Below are positions 17,762 to 26,305 of a stretch of 64,000 nt of DNA, in pieces. The notes beneath the pieces were generated by a model. It did not search any database. It was given only the letters and a program-made list of their open reading frames with translations, and was not told where the DNA came from. Position 1 is the first letter of the stretch; every line of letters begins with the position of its first letter. The stretch is from a virus (taxonomy: Duplodnaviria > Caudoviricetes). Made by a program: the position numbers and the translations under genes. The stretch is from positions 112,840-176,839 of IMG/VR virus record IMGVR_UViG_3300031760_000002; one strand, given 5' to 3'.

Positions 17762-18583
17762 TTACAGTAAAGCAAGAATCGATTTTATGTTTTTTGTCCT
17801 TGCTTCGTTAGACTTCTGTTTTTTCTGAATACTGTTTCCATATCCGTTCGCAATTGACCCGGTAAGGATCGTGGGCAGCGAAAAATACGAAACGGCATTG
17901 GACTGCACCTGGTTTCTATACGTGTCCAGCGCAGCCTCCCTGATTGGATTTCCCTTGCCCAACCCGGCGTTGTCCCATGCCCTGCTCTCCATCCTCACCA
18001 AATGGGAATCGTCTGGATGTGCTATGTACCTGAGCACCTGCTTCAGGTCCCTTGGTTTCGACAGCAACGACTTGATTACGACGTTCCGCCCATGCCTGGC
18101 CACGTCCTCGGCGTGTCCGAGCTCGTGCATGAGCACATAGGGGTTCAGCTCCCCCTTGTTGCCGAGCGAAACGTACGACATGGCCGGATTGTAATGCGGT
18201 CCGTTGAAAACGGGGGACATGATGACCTTGAGCCTGTCGGCCAGCGACGAATTGGACAATATATGTTTTCTTATGATATTGCCGTCCTGGTACACCGGAA
18301 CGGGCCCGCCGAGCCCGTAATTTCCTCCGATCCCCTTGTAGACGGAATCCGCCCATTCGTATTTCGGAAGTGACTTTCCCGTCTCCGCCATGTGCCTTGC
18401 AACGGCCGCGTCGACCTCGGCCCTGCTTCCGAGCATCCCGGCGCTGATGAGCTTCCTCAACCTACGTGCGCGGACGGCTCCACGCAGCGAAAATATAATC
18501 GGAGCGGAAACACCGGCCGCCACCAGTGACCGGCCGATGCTCTTCGCCACATTCGAATTGGTCCTATCTCCTGCCATTGGCAT
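17762..18583 (-). CDS. Membrane-associated zincin-like metallopeptidase
   Basis: VLMHELGH plus downstream MESRAW; hydrophobic segments near both ends. Confidence 0.7.
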   Translation of the reverse strand: MPMAGDRTNSNVAKSIGRSLVAAGVSAPIIFSLRGAVRARRLRKLISAGMLGSRAEVDAAVARHMAETGKSLPKYEWADSVYKGIGGNYGLGGPVPVYQDGNIIRKHILSNSSLADRLKVIMSPVFNGPHYNPAMSYVSLGNKGELNPYVLMHELGHAEDVARHGRNVVIKSLLSKPRDLKQVLRYIAHPDDSHLVRMESRAWDNAGLGKGNPIREAALDTYRNQVQSNAVSYFSLPTILTGSIANGYGNSIQKKQKSNEARTKNIKSILALL

Positions 18584-18588
18584 TTCTT

Positions 18589-18930
18589 CTATACCGATCC
18601 GGCAATGCGTTCCACTTCCGGAGCCATACTCTTCGTACGTCTCAGAAAATGGTCTCCCAGGACGCCTACGCCGAATCCGGCCCCTATGAACGACGGAACC
18701 CTAAGCATCCCGGCCACGTTCGACAGCATGTTCTTTACGCCGGGCTTGGTCGCCTCGCCGCCAAGCCTGGTGACGAACGGCATTATCCTCTGCCCGAACG
18801 GCGAACCGACAAACTTGGTGAAAGCCTGCAGGAACCCCGCCTCCTTGGCGAGGCCGGACGGGTCTACGCCGGCTTCCGCGCATTTGCACAGGAAGCCGGC
18901 GATGTATGCGTCGCACGGATCGGCCTTCAT
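18589..18930 (-). CDS. Leader-tagged amphipathic/Gly-rich protein
   Basis: Leader DAYIAGFLCKCAEAGVD..LAKEA. Confidence 0.8.
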   Translation of the reverse strand: MKADPCDAYIAGFLCKCAEAGVDPSGLAKEAGFLQAFTKFVGSPFGQRIMPFVTRLGGEATKPGVKNMLSNVAGMLRVPSFIGAGFGVGVLGDHFLRRTKSMAPEVERIAGSV

Positions 18931-18932
18931 GG

Positions 18933-19550
18933 CTATCTCTGCCCTATGGCCACCGTGTCAAGGGAAGGATCCTTGCCCTCCCACATCCTGAGCCTTGCGT
19001 TGGCGTCGGCGGTAGCGCCTCCGATAAGCGCGCCTCCGCCGAGACCATAGCCAAGGCCCTTCAACGCCGCTCCTCGCATCATCTTGCCGCCGTATCCGGC
19101 AAGACGCGCCATATGCTTTCCGTTCCCCGCATGGCGCATCATCATGGATGCGAGCCTTGCTCCCTTGCCTCTCGAGAAGAGCGCAAGGGCCACCGCGGCA
19201 GGAACGCCCAGCAGCGCGCCCTTCAATGCGCCGCTTCCTGCGCCCTTGAGATCGTTCACGATCAGGCGCCGCCTCGTGTAGTCGGTATTGTTGTCGAAGT
19301 ACCGCTGGTTCCTGTCCATGTTGTTCGTATTTCCGGAAGCGGCCATGGACGCCGGAAGGTCGGGCATCTTTCCGCCGACCACGTCCGTGTTGAACGCACG
19401 GCTCCCAAGGTATCCGAGGCCAAGCCCTCCGGCCAGCATGGCCGGGATCTTCCAGTTGAGCGCCTTCTTCTCCAGAAGCTTGCTTCCATCTACGCCGTGC
19501 TCGGCGCACTTGGTGAGAAATCCGTTGCTGTACCTGTCCTGAACGGTCAT
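18933..19550 (-). CDS. Leader-tagged multi-glycine-zipper protein
   Basis: Start re-called at 19550 (GGAGG RBS): MTVQDRYSNGFLTKCAEHGVD..LLEKKA; three Gly-rich hydrophobic helices. Confidence 0.85.
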   Translation of the reverse strand: MTVQDRYSNGFLTKCAEHGVDGSKLLEKKALNWKIPAMLAGGLGLGYLGSRAFNTDVVGGKMPDLPASMAASGNTNNMDRNQRYFDNNTDYTRRRLIVNDLKGAGSGALKGALLGVPAAVALALFSRGKGARLASMMMRHAGNGKHMARLAGYGGKMMRGAALKGLGYGLGGGALIGGATADANARLRMWEGKDPSLDTVAIGQR

Positions 19551-19567
19551 TTTGTGTACCTCCGTTG

Positions 19568-20275
19568 TTATTGTATGTAACGTCTTCCGCCCGGCGTGGC
19601 GAACGGGTTGCCGGAAGGCTGCTGAGGCGCCGGCGGCTGAAACTGCTGTCCTCGCATCTGATCTCCGGCCGACGTTCCACGGATAGGCTGCTGCGGCTGC
19701 TGAACCTGGTTGGTGTTCACTACGCCACTTTGTCCACGAACGGGCTGCACGTTCGGATTCCAGTTCGGGGCCGTATACTTGGCAGCCTCGGTCGTCTGCC
19801 ACTGGGTGTTTCCACGGGCGAACCTCTGGTTCGGATCCACGTCCTGGATGCCCTTGACGGTCTCGACCCTGCCGCCGGTATTGAGCCTGTTCACGCCAAG
19901 CGTACGGGCGTTCGCGCGATTCTTCTCCTCCTGCATCCTCTGCATGACTTCCTGCGCGTTCTCGTCGATGCTTCGGCCATACTCCTCCTCCTGCCAGTCC
20001 TTGGAGTGGAAGTTCCTGTTGAACCACCTGCCGAGAGCGGTACCGGCCTTTCCGGAATCCTTCCTGGCCATGAGCTGCTCGAACCTGGCCCTGTCGCCTT
20101 CGCTCATGTTCTGGGTATACTGGCCCATGATGTCCTTCTGCGTACCGGTGATGGACTCGTTCCTATGGCCGTCCGAATCCCAGAAATACGCCCTCTTCAT
20201 TAGAAAATGCGCAACTTCCTCCGGAATGCCGGATTCGGCGCACTTGGTGAGAAATCCCTGTTCGTATGGTGTCAT
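19568..20275 (-). CDS. Leader-tagged Gln-rich protein
   Basis: Leader MTPYEQGFLTKCAESG..LMKRA; AAGGAG RBS. Confidence 0.85.
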   Translation of the reverse strand: MTPYEQGFLTKCAESGIPEEVAHFLMKRAYFWDSDGHRNESITGTQKDIMGQYTQNMSEGDRARFEQLMARKDSGKAGTALGRWFNRNFHSKDWQEEEYGRSIDENAQEVMQRMQEEKNRANARTLGVNRLNTGGRVETVKGIQDVDPNQRFARGNTQWQTTEAAKYTAPNWNPNVQPVRGQSGVVNTNQVQQPQQPIRGTSAGDQMRGQQFQPPAPQQPSGNPFATPGGRRYIQ

Positions 20276-20290
20276 TTTTGTCTCCTTTTT

Positions 20291-20518
20291 CTACGAAATC
20301 CCAAATCTAGCCTTCGCCTCTTCCCAATCGCTGTCCGATTTGTTCGCGAAACACCAGGTATCGTCCACTATCCTGGACATGAACGCCACCGGTTCTCCCC
20401 TGTTGCTGCGAATGACCACGGTCCTTGCCTTGTTCGTGTCAAGCAACGGCCTGTCGAACACGTTGTCCGACAGGACCGTAACATTGCCACGGGCGTAGTC
20501 TGAACTTTGCTCCGACAT
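20291..20518 (-). CDS. Hypothetical protein
   Basis: 75 aa, TAATG-coupled to the upstream gene. Confidence 0.7.
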   Translation of the reverse strand: MSEQSSDYARGNVTVLSDNVFDRPLLDTNKARTVVIRSNRGEPVAFMSRIVDDTWCFANKSDSDWEEAKARFGIS

Positions 20519-21183
20519 TAATTAACACCCGGTGTCCTCAGGCTCTGCTGCAGCTTCTTGCGCCTGAGCGCCTCGACCTTATTGACCGCAGCCTCGAGAT
20601 TAGGATCATTTCCTGGCTGCCCGGGCATTACCAGGCCAGACCTATGAATTACGGTTCGCTGGGCGGTCCTCGGTGCAGGGCTTGTAACGGTCCTTGGAGC
20701 CGGGCTTGTAACGGTCCTTGGAGCCGGGCTTGTAACGGTTCTTGGTGCAGGGCTTGTAACGGTCCTGGGCGCAGCGGGCCTTGGCTGTTGAGCCGGCCTC
20801 GCCGGATATGGCCTAGGCTGCGGAGCTGGCCTTGGTTGCGGAGCCGGTCTAGCCGGGGCTGGCCTCGGCTGTGGAGCCGGTCTAGCCGGGGCTGGCCTCG
20901 GCTGTGGAGCCGGTCTAGCCGGGGCTGGCCTCGGCTGTGGAGCCGGTTGTGGCGTAGGTTGAGAGCCACTTGCAGAACCGGTCGGAACGCCTGGAGCCGG
21001 CAGATCGTCGCCAGGATGCCAGTTCGGATCCATCAGCCTTGCCTTGTTCTGCTGCCATTGGTCATGGGTCATTGACTGGCCGCCTATCTGCAGGTCGGAC
21101 ATCTTCAAAAGACCGAAAGCCACTTCCGGGTGAATCCCGAATGCGGCGCACTTGGTTAGAAATCCCTGTTCGTATGGTGTCAT
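20518..21183 (-). CDS. Leader-tagged Pro-rich repeat protein
   Basis: Leader MTPYEQGFLTKCAAFG..LLKMS; PAPQPRPAPAR and PAPRTVTS repeats. Confidence 0.85.
   Translation of the reverse strand: MTPYEQGFLTKCAAFGIHPEVAFGLLKMSDLQIGGQSMTHDQWQQNKARLMDPNWHPGDDLPAPGVPTGSASGSQPTPQPAPQPRPAPARPAPQPRPAPARPAPQPRPAPARPAPQPRPAPQPRPYPARPAQQPRPAAPRTVTSPAPRTVTSPAPRTVTSPAPRTVTSPAPRTAQRTVIHRSGLVMPGQPGNDPNLEAAVNKVEALRRKKLQQSLRTPGVN
20668..20950 (-). repeat. In-frame 33-bp (x3 plus partial copies) and 24-bp (x4) tandem repeats
   Basis: Plus-strand GGAGCCGGTCTAGCCGGGGCTGGCCTCGGCTGT and GGGCTTGTAACGGT units; boundaries approximate. Confidence 0.85.
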
Positions 21184-22103
21184 CTGAAGATTTTTCCTCC
21201 GAATCCCTTCCCGAATTGTGTCTTTATCGGCGTGTTCGGTTCGCCACGCATTTTTTTATCAAGCTTCGACCACACCTCGGAATAGGTACGGCCTTTGCCA
21301 TAGGATTGTATCAGCTTGTTCGTAAAAATTCCACCTGTCCCTGCTCCGTACGAGTATTCATTCTCCTGCGACGCCGACCAGCACAGCAGCCTCGGACCCG
21401 CCTTTTCGTACCTGTCCAGCGCCTGTTCGACGTACCTGCTCTTCTCGTAGTCCGGAAGCGACATGGCATCGGATTTTGCCCTTGAAAGGTCCAAATCCCT
21501 GTCGAATTCGTACTTGTGTAGGAACCTACGAAACGTAAACGGGTACGGCCCCGTCTTCATGTCTATGGACTCCTTGCGGTCTATCGCACGGTACATCGTA
21601 CCGGAATGGCAGCAATCGAATATGCACATCACCCTGCCCTTCGACTTGCATATTATGGACCATATCCGGTCGTCCAGAATCATTCTGTCGTACGGGCAAA
21701 GATATTCGTTCCTCCCGTCCGTCTCCCCGAACCTGTTCTTGGATTCGTTCTCGTCCCTTCCACCATGACCGGAGTAATAGAATATGCACAGGTCGTGCCC
21801 AACGGCCGCTTCCAACGCCGAAACGACGTTTGCCGCGGTGGCCTGCTGGTTCAGAAGCAACGTTAGGCCGCCGGACGCGTATTGCTTCAACAGCGAAGCC
21901 ATGTTGGACGCGTCAATGCCCGCGCCGGGGCAGTTTCCGGCGAACCTGGACTTCTCGAGGCCGACGCATACCACCGCCGTGTCCTTCGACTCCTCGGACC
22001 TGTCCGAAAGCTTCGACTTTATCCTGCCCCAGTTCGCAAAAAGGGTGAATCCCGCTACCGCGAGCCCCGAGGCTCCGAAAAGAATCTCGCCAAGCATGCG
22101 CAA
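21180..22103 (-). CDS. Caspase-family (C14, meta/orthocaspase-like) peptidase with N-terminal membrane anchor
   Basis: Catalytic dyad motifs FYYSGHGG and IFDCCHSG; EYLCPYD..ILDD; GGIFT; hydrophobic N-terminus. Confidence 0.88.
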   Translation of the reverse strand: MRMLGEILFGASGLAVAGFTLFANWGRIKSKLSDRSEESKDTAVVCVGLEKSRFAGNCPGAGIDASNMASLLKQYASGGLTLLLNQQATAANVVSALEAAVGHDLCIFYYSGHGGRDENESKNRFGETDGRNEYLCPYDRMILDDRIWSIICKSKGRVMCIFDCCHSGTMYRAIDRKESIDMKTGPYPFTFRRFLHKYEFDRDLDLSRAKSDAMSLPDYEKSRYVEQALDRYEKAGPRLLCWSASQENEYSYGAGTGGIFTNKLIQSYGKGRTYSEVWSKLDKKMRGEPNTPIKTQFGKGFGGKIFR

Positions 22104-22113
22104 ACCTCCGTTC

Positions 22114-22335
22114 TCAAAGGATGAAAAACAGCCAAGACAGCATAAGAAATCCCTCCAGCCACAAAATGGACCTCATCATCGACTCGACGACGAAGTCGTA
22201 CCAGTCGTACCGGACGCCCGGTTTCCTGGGAGGATCCCTGGAAACGGCCAGTACGACGAACGACGCCGCCATCACCGACGCGGATACGGACAGCCCTCCG
22301 TAAAGCAAATACCGTATGAAATCCTGTATTGACAT
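22114..22335 (-). CDS. Small two-helix membrane protein (holin-like)
   Basis: Start re-called at 22335 (TAATG overlap with the portal stop); two hydrophobic segments in 73 aa. Confidence 0.55.
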   Translation of the reverse strand: MSIQDFIRYLLYGGLSVSASVMAASFVVLAVSRDPPRKPGVRYDWYDFVVESMMRSILWLEGFLMLSWLFFIL

Positions 22336-24998
22336 TAACCGCCCTGCTGCATCTGCTGGATCATCATTTGCTGTCCTTGCGACGACAGCTGCTGCCTCTG
22401 GTCTTGAAGCTGCCCCTTCACCATGGCCCACAGCGTCGGGTTGGTCTGCTTGATTGACGCGAGGGTCTGCCTTGTATGGGCCGGATTGTTCTCGGCGATC
22501 AGCTGCTGCGCGATCTGCTCGGCCTGCTGCGCAACGTCGCCGGGGGTGGCGCCTACCTGGCCGCCGGGACCGTTCATGCCGCTCCCGCCTCCTCCGCCAC
22601 CGCCTCCGCCGCCTCCCATGGCGCCGTTGGCCTGCTGGGCCTGGGCGTCCGCCATGGCCTTCTCCTGCATCTTCTGGACGTCCTGCTGCTCCTTGATGAT
22701 CCTGCGCTGCTCGTCGAGGTAGTCGATGCCGATCGTCCTGTACGCGGTCTGCTTCGAGATGTCCTGCCCTGCGGCGGCCTGCATCTGGATGCCCTTCTTC
22801 TCGAGGTCGTCGGCGAGCGTGATCGGGGTAAGATGGACTTCGACCGGATCCCACTGCATGTAGTTGGAGATCTCGTCGGTGATCCACTGCAGGATGTTGT
22901 TTATGCCGGAAACGAACGGGTTCCATTCGCGTTCGAACAGCCTGAGCGCAACCGGCGCGGCCTGCAGCGACAGGGTGCCGGCGAACAGCTCCTGGGGGAA
23001 TCCAAGCGAGTTCAGGAGCTCCTGGGTCGCCTCCTGGATCGACTCCTTTGGCGCAAGCTGCTTTGCCTCTCCTCCGATCAGCTCGTACCCGATGGCCCAC
23101 GGTGCCACTTCGATGGAGGTCATGTTCATACGCTTCTTCTCCACCATGGACGACATGGCGGCTATGAAGGTCTGCATGGAAATCTGGGTGAGCGGATCCT
23201 GGCCTCCCGGCGCGTTTCCCTGCGGGTACAGGATGCGGAACGGCACGATGAAGTCCAACGCAATCGCTTCGTCGTAACGACGCATGAGCTGGATGTAGTA
23301 TGCCAGCTTGAAGTAGGGAAGGATCGGCGGGATGCCCCAGCCCTTGATCGGAAGACCGGCGAAAACGGCGTCCCTGAGATGGTATATCTTGTCCGGATCG
23401 AACTCGAAGAGGTGCTCCTCCCCGTCCCCCGTGTGGTCGTCGTTAAGGCAGGTCTCTATGAATCCCCAGGACACGTTGTTGATGTAGAACGGGTCTCCCT
23501 TCCTGACCCTTTCGACGAACTTGGGATCCATCTTGTAGTAGTACTTCAGCTCTCCGGTGATGTCGTTCACCTTCAGCTTTATCCTTTTAGGATCCCAACG
23601 GTTTATCCTTATCTTGGAAGTATCCCTTGAACGCCTGTCCACGCGCTTGAACGGAACCTTGCCATGCTTGCACTTCGGGCATTCGCAAATGAATTCGCCT
23701 TTGGTGGCCGAGAACTCGTATTTTATCTTGGATATATGCACCTGTGCACCGCAGCCGGGGCACTGCAGGTACCTCTCGAACGGAAGATACACGGAGACGA
23801 AGGAGTTTCCGTAGCAGTTTCCCGTCACGAGCCCTCCTTCGAGGGCGAACGTATGCGTTGCCGGTTCTACGCAGCAGAACACCTCCTCCGTACGGTACCT
23901 GCTTCCGATCCTGGTCGGCGAGGTGGCTATCCTGGCCTTCACGGTCTTGGACGTCCTGTACAGGTCCTTCTGGTCCTGGCACAGGAAATCGTCCTCGAGA
24001 AGGCTTGAAATGCGGAACGGCATGTAGTACCGTTCGTAGTCGGACCATATCCTGCGCTTCACGATCGACTTTGGCACAAGCCCCAGCTGTATCATGCCCT
24101 CCCGCACCGCGGAAAGCTTCTTCCTGTCGTTGTGGGTAAGGAAGAACGAATTGGCCTTCGGCTGGAAGAATCCCGATACCGAGGCCATTCCGCCGAAGAA
24201 TCCGTACCAATACGACCGGGACGCGTTCTTTGGCACGTCCTTCATGGAGGCGTCGACCTCCAGACCGTATGCGGACTTGTACTCCTCAAGGAACCTGGAT
24301 TCGTAATAAAGCGGCTTCTCCCTGAGGCCGAAGACTATCCCGTGCAGCCCTCCGGCCACGTAGTCCCGGTTCTTTTCCGGCCTTGGAACCATGACGACCG
24401 GTATCCGGCTGCTCTTCTTGAGCTCGTCCGTCCTGCACTGGACGTAGGCGTGCTCCTCCTTGCCGTTGCACTTCCTGTACCACCTGTGGTCGGCCGTGAC
24501 CCTGCACTCCGTGCCGTTCCCGAAATGGACGTCGACCGTCTTCTGCCTGCCGAACGACTTGAACGACGCGACATGCCACTTTCCGTCTATCGACAGCACC
24601 TTGGCCCTCTTTCCGGCCAGGTCCCTTATCTTGAACACGCCCTTGTCCGTGACAACCCTTGTGCTTCCGCCGAAGCAGAAATAGTCCTTGCCTATGTCCT
24701 GCAGCCTCTGGATGATGTTGATGTCCTTGTCGAACACCTTCTCGTACTTCTCGCGTACGTCGTCGGCCACGTCGTTGATCTCGACATCGGTGAGAAAGTA
24801 CGATACGACCCTGTTTATGACGGCCATGAACGGCGGTATGGTGAGCATCAGGTACTCGGACCACGTGAACGCGTCGTTGATGTTCGTCGGTATGTACGCC
24901 GACGCGATGTCCATGAACGGGTTCGGATACTTGTAGGCGTCCGGAAACCTGCCCCCGTCCCACGGTGTGCCTGAAAACGCGGATGTATTCTGTGTCAT
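22335..24998 (-). CDS. Portal protein containing an intein
   Basis: After removing the intein: KDYFCYGNSFV, DKIYHLR..GWGIPPI and ELLNSLGFPQELF match portal-family patterns; Gln/Gly-rich C-terminal tail. Confidence 0.75.
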   Translation of the reverse strand: MTQNTSAFSGTPWDGGRFPDAYKYPNPFMDIASAYIPTNINDAFTWSEYLMLTIPPFMAVINRVVSYFLTDVEINDVADDVREKYEKVFDKDINIIQRLQDIGKDYFCFGGSTRVVTDKGVFKIRDLAGKRAKVLSIDGKWHVASFKSFGRQKTVDVHFGNGTECRVTADHRWYRKCNGKEEHAYVQCRTDELKKSSRIPVVMVPRPEKNRDYVAGGLHGIVFGLREKPLYYESRFLEEYKSAYGLEVDASMKDVPKNASRSYWYGFFGGMASVSGFFQPKANSFFLTHNDRKKLSAVREGMIQLGLVPKSIVKRRIWSDYERYYMPFRISSLLEDDFLCQDQKDLYRTSKTVKARIATSPTRIGSRYRTEEVFCCVEPATHTFALEGGLVTGNCYGNSFVSVYLPFERYLQCPGCGAQVHISKIKYEFSATKGEFICECPKCKHGKVPFKRVDRRSRDTSKIRINRWDPKRIKLKVNDITGELKYYYKMDPKFVERVRKGDPFYINNVSWGFIETCLNDDHTGDGEEHLFEFDPDKIYHLRDAVFAGLPIKGWGIPPILPYFKLAYYIQLMRRYDEAIALDFIVPFRILYPQGNAPGGQDPLTQISMQTFIAAMSSMVEKKRMNMTSIEVAPWAIGYELIGGEAKQLAPKESIQEATQELLNSLGFPQELFAGTLSLQAAPVALRLFEREWNPFVSGINNILQWITDEISNYMQWDPVEVHLTPITLADDLEKKGIQMQAAAGQDISKQTAYRTIGIDYLDEQRRIIKEQQDVQKMQEKAMADAQAQQANGAMGGGGGGGGGGGSGMNGPGGQVGATPGDVAQQAEQIAQQLIAENNPAHTRQTLASIKQTNPTLWAMVKGQLQDQRQQLSSQGQQMMIQQMQQGG
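23817..24677 (-). mobile_element. Intein (287 aa) with degenerate LAGLIDADG-like endonuclease region
   Basis: Block A CFGGSTRVVT, block B VTADHRW, blocks F/G EEVFCCVEPATHTFALEGGLVTGN followed by +1 Cys; YVAGGLHGIVFG and YGFFGGMASVSG helices. Confidence 0.9.
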
Positions 24999-25103
24999 GT
25001 CGCTATGAAGATGGTTGCGGGTCCAGGAATCGAACCTGGTTCGAGGGATTATGAATCCCACGTGTTTCCGTTACACCAACCCGCGGTTTATGGAATTTGC
25101 ACC

Positions 25104-25133
25104 AATATACGGCAAAAACCGCTTCTATGTCAA
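25104..25133 (-). promoter_or_regulatory. sigma70-type promoter upstream of portal
   Basis: TTGACA-18 nt-TATATT with an A/T-rich upstream tract. Confidence 0.6.
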
Positions 25134-25241
25134 TAAATAAAAAACCGGGCCTGTAGCGAGCCATGTACTCCCCCAAACCAACAACCGCCCTTGGGCCCGG
25201 CAATAGAAGTATCGCATATGCGGCGGAAAGAGTCAACAGAT

Positions 25242-25268
25242 AAAAAAAAACGCCGGCCTAAGCCGGCG
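25242..25268 (-). terminator. Intrinsic terminator
   Basis: CGCCGGC-TTAG-GCCGGCG followed by T9, just after the stop of 25277..25525. Confidence 0.9.
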
Positions 25269-25276
25269 CCGCCCCG

Positions 25277-25525
25277 CTAGGGACTGTCTTTTTTCAAATC
25301 TTTCCGTCTATGCCTTATAGGCACGTCAAGCGATACCCTGAGCAGCCCGCACCTCTTCTTCGTAGCCTCGTCTATCCTTGCAACCAGCCTGTTGGCCTCG
25401 GCCCTGTCAGTGATCTCGAGCTTCGCGCCGTCAAACTCCAGAACCAATACGTCTCCGGTTAGCTTTTTACGTATGTACCTCGACCGAAGTATCCTGCTTA
25501 CCAGCGGCTGACCCTCTATCGTCAT
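25277..25525 (-). CDS. Hypothetical protein
   Basis: 82 aa, ATGA-coupled. Confidence 0.65.
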   Translation of the reverse strand: MTIEGQPLVSRILRSRYIRKKLTGDVLVLEFDGAKLEITDRAEANRLVARIDEATKKRCGLLRVSLDVPIRHRRKDLKKDSP

Positions 25526-25716
25526 TCCTTGTCCGCCTTTTCGTCCTCTTCAATAGCCTTGTTCATCGATTCCATCTTGATCCTGATCTGCTCGATGCTG
25601 GTCTGCGCTTCCTTCATGATCCCCTGGGCCCTGTTTATGCAGGCGGCCGCCGTCTTGATCGCCTCGTCGGAAGCTTCCTTGATCCTGGCCTCCGTGGCCA
25701 CGTTCCTCTTTTCCAT
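25522..25716 (-). CDS. Small coiled-coil protein
   Basis: 64 aa helical ORF. Confidence 0.65.
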   Translation of the reverse strand: MEKRNVATEARIKEASDEAIKTAAACINRAQGIMKEAQTSIEQIRIKMESMNKAIEEDEKADKE

Positions 25717-25720
25717 TTTT

Positions 25721-26305
25721 TTATCCCTTCTGTTTCTTCAGCTCCATTGCGAGCTGGTGTTCGTCTGAAAGCAACGCGCTCATCACGCAATTGGAGACAA
25801 GCGTGTCGCTGAATTCGTTCCTTAGCCTGGCCATGGCCCTGTCTATGCAGTACGCAACCTTGCCGGCCGTGTCCCATCCTTCGCCCTTCAAATTGATCAC
25901 GGATCCTACGGCTGACCGGACCGACCCCCTGGCCAGCTCAAGGTACTTCTTCGCCTTCGGATCGTCCTTCCTTCCCTGCGTGACCCAGATGTCGTACTTC
26001 ATGAAAAGCCGTGCCGCCTCCATCAGGTGGTCGAAGCACTCCTGCACGCTGTCCGGCACCACCCTGGTGGCTTCGGAACATGTGGCCTTCGTCTTCTCAG
26101 TACAGCCCTTTCCCGCGTCCTGCAGACTCTGGATCCGGACTATGATCCCTTTCTTGACGAGGTCGACGACCTTCCTGTGCAGTTCGTTGCGGCCCATTTT
26201 TCCGGCCCTTCTGCACTCAATCCCGCAATCGTTGCAAGCCTTGGCGTACAGCTTCCTGAGCTCGCTAGTCTCGCATTTGTCTAGATCAAGTTCCGTGAAC
26301 GTCAT
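25721..26305 (-). CDS. Hypothetical protein
   Basis: 194 aa helical ORF. Confidence 0.7.
   Translation of the reverse strand: MTFTELDLDKCETSELRKLYAKACNDCGIECRRAGKMGRNELHRKVVDLVKKGIIVRIQSLQDAGKGCTEKTKATCSEATRVVPDSVQECFDHLMEAARLFMKYDIWVTQGRKDDPKAKKYLELARGSVRSAVGSVINLKGEGWDTAGKVAYCIDRAMARLRNEFSDTLVSNCVMSALLSDEHQLAMELKKQKG

Noticed and set aside
16969-21183. RiPP/bacteriocin precursor cluster
   Set aside because: No modifying enzymes or peptidase-containing ABC transporter nearby, leaders lack a double-glycine end, and the cargoes are large and sit in a virion operon.
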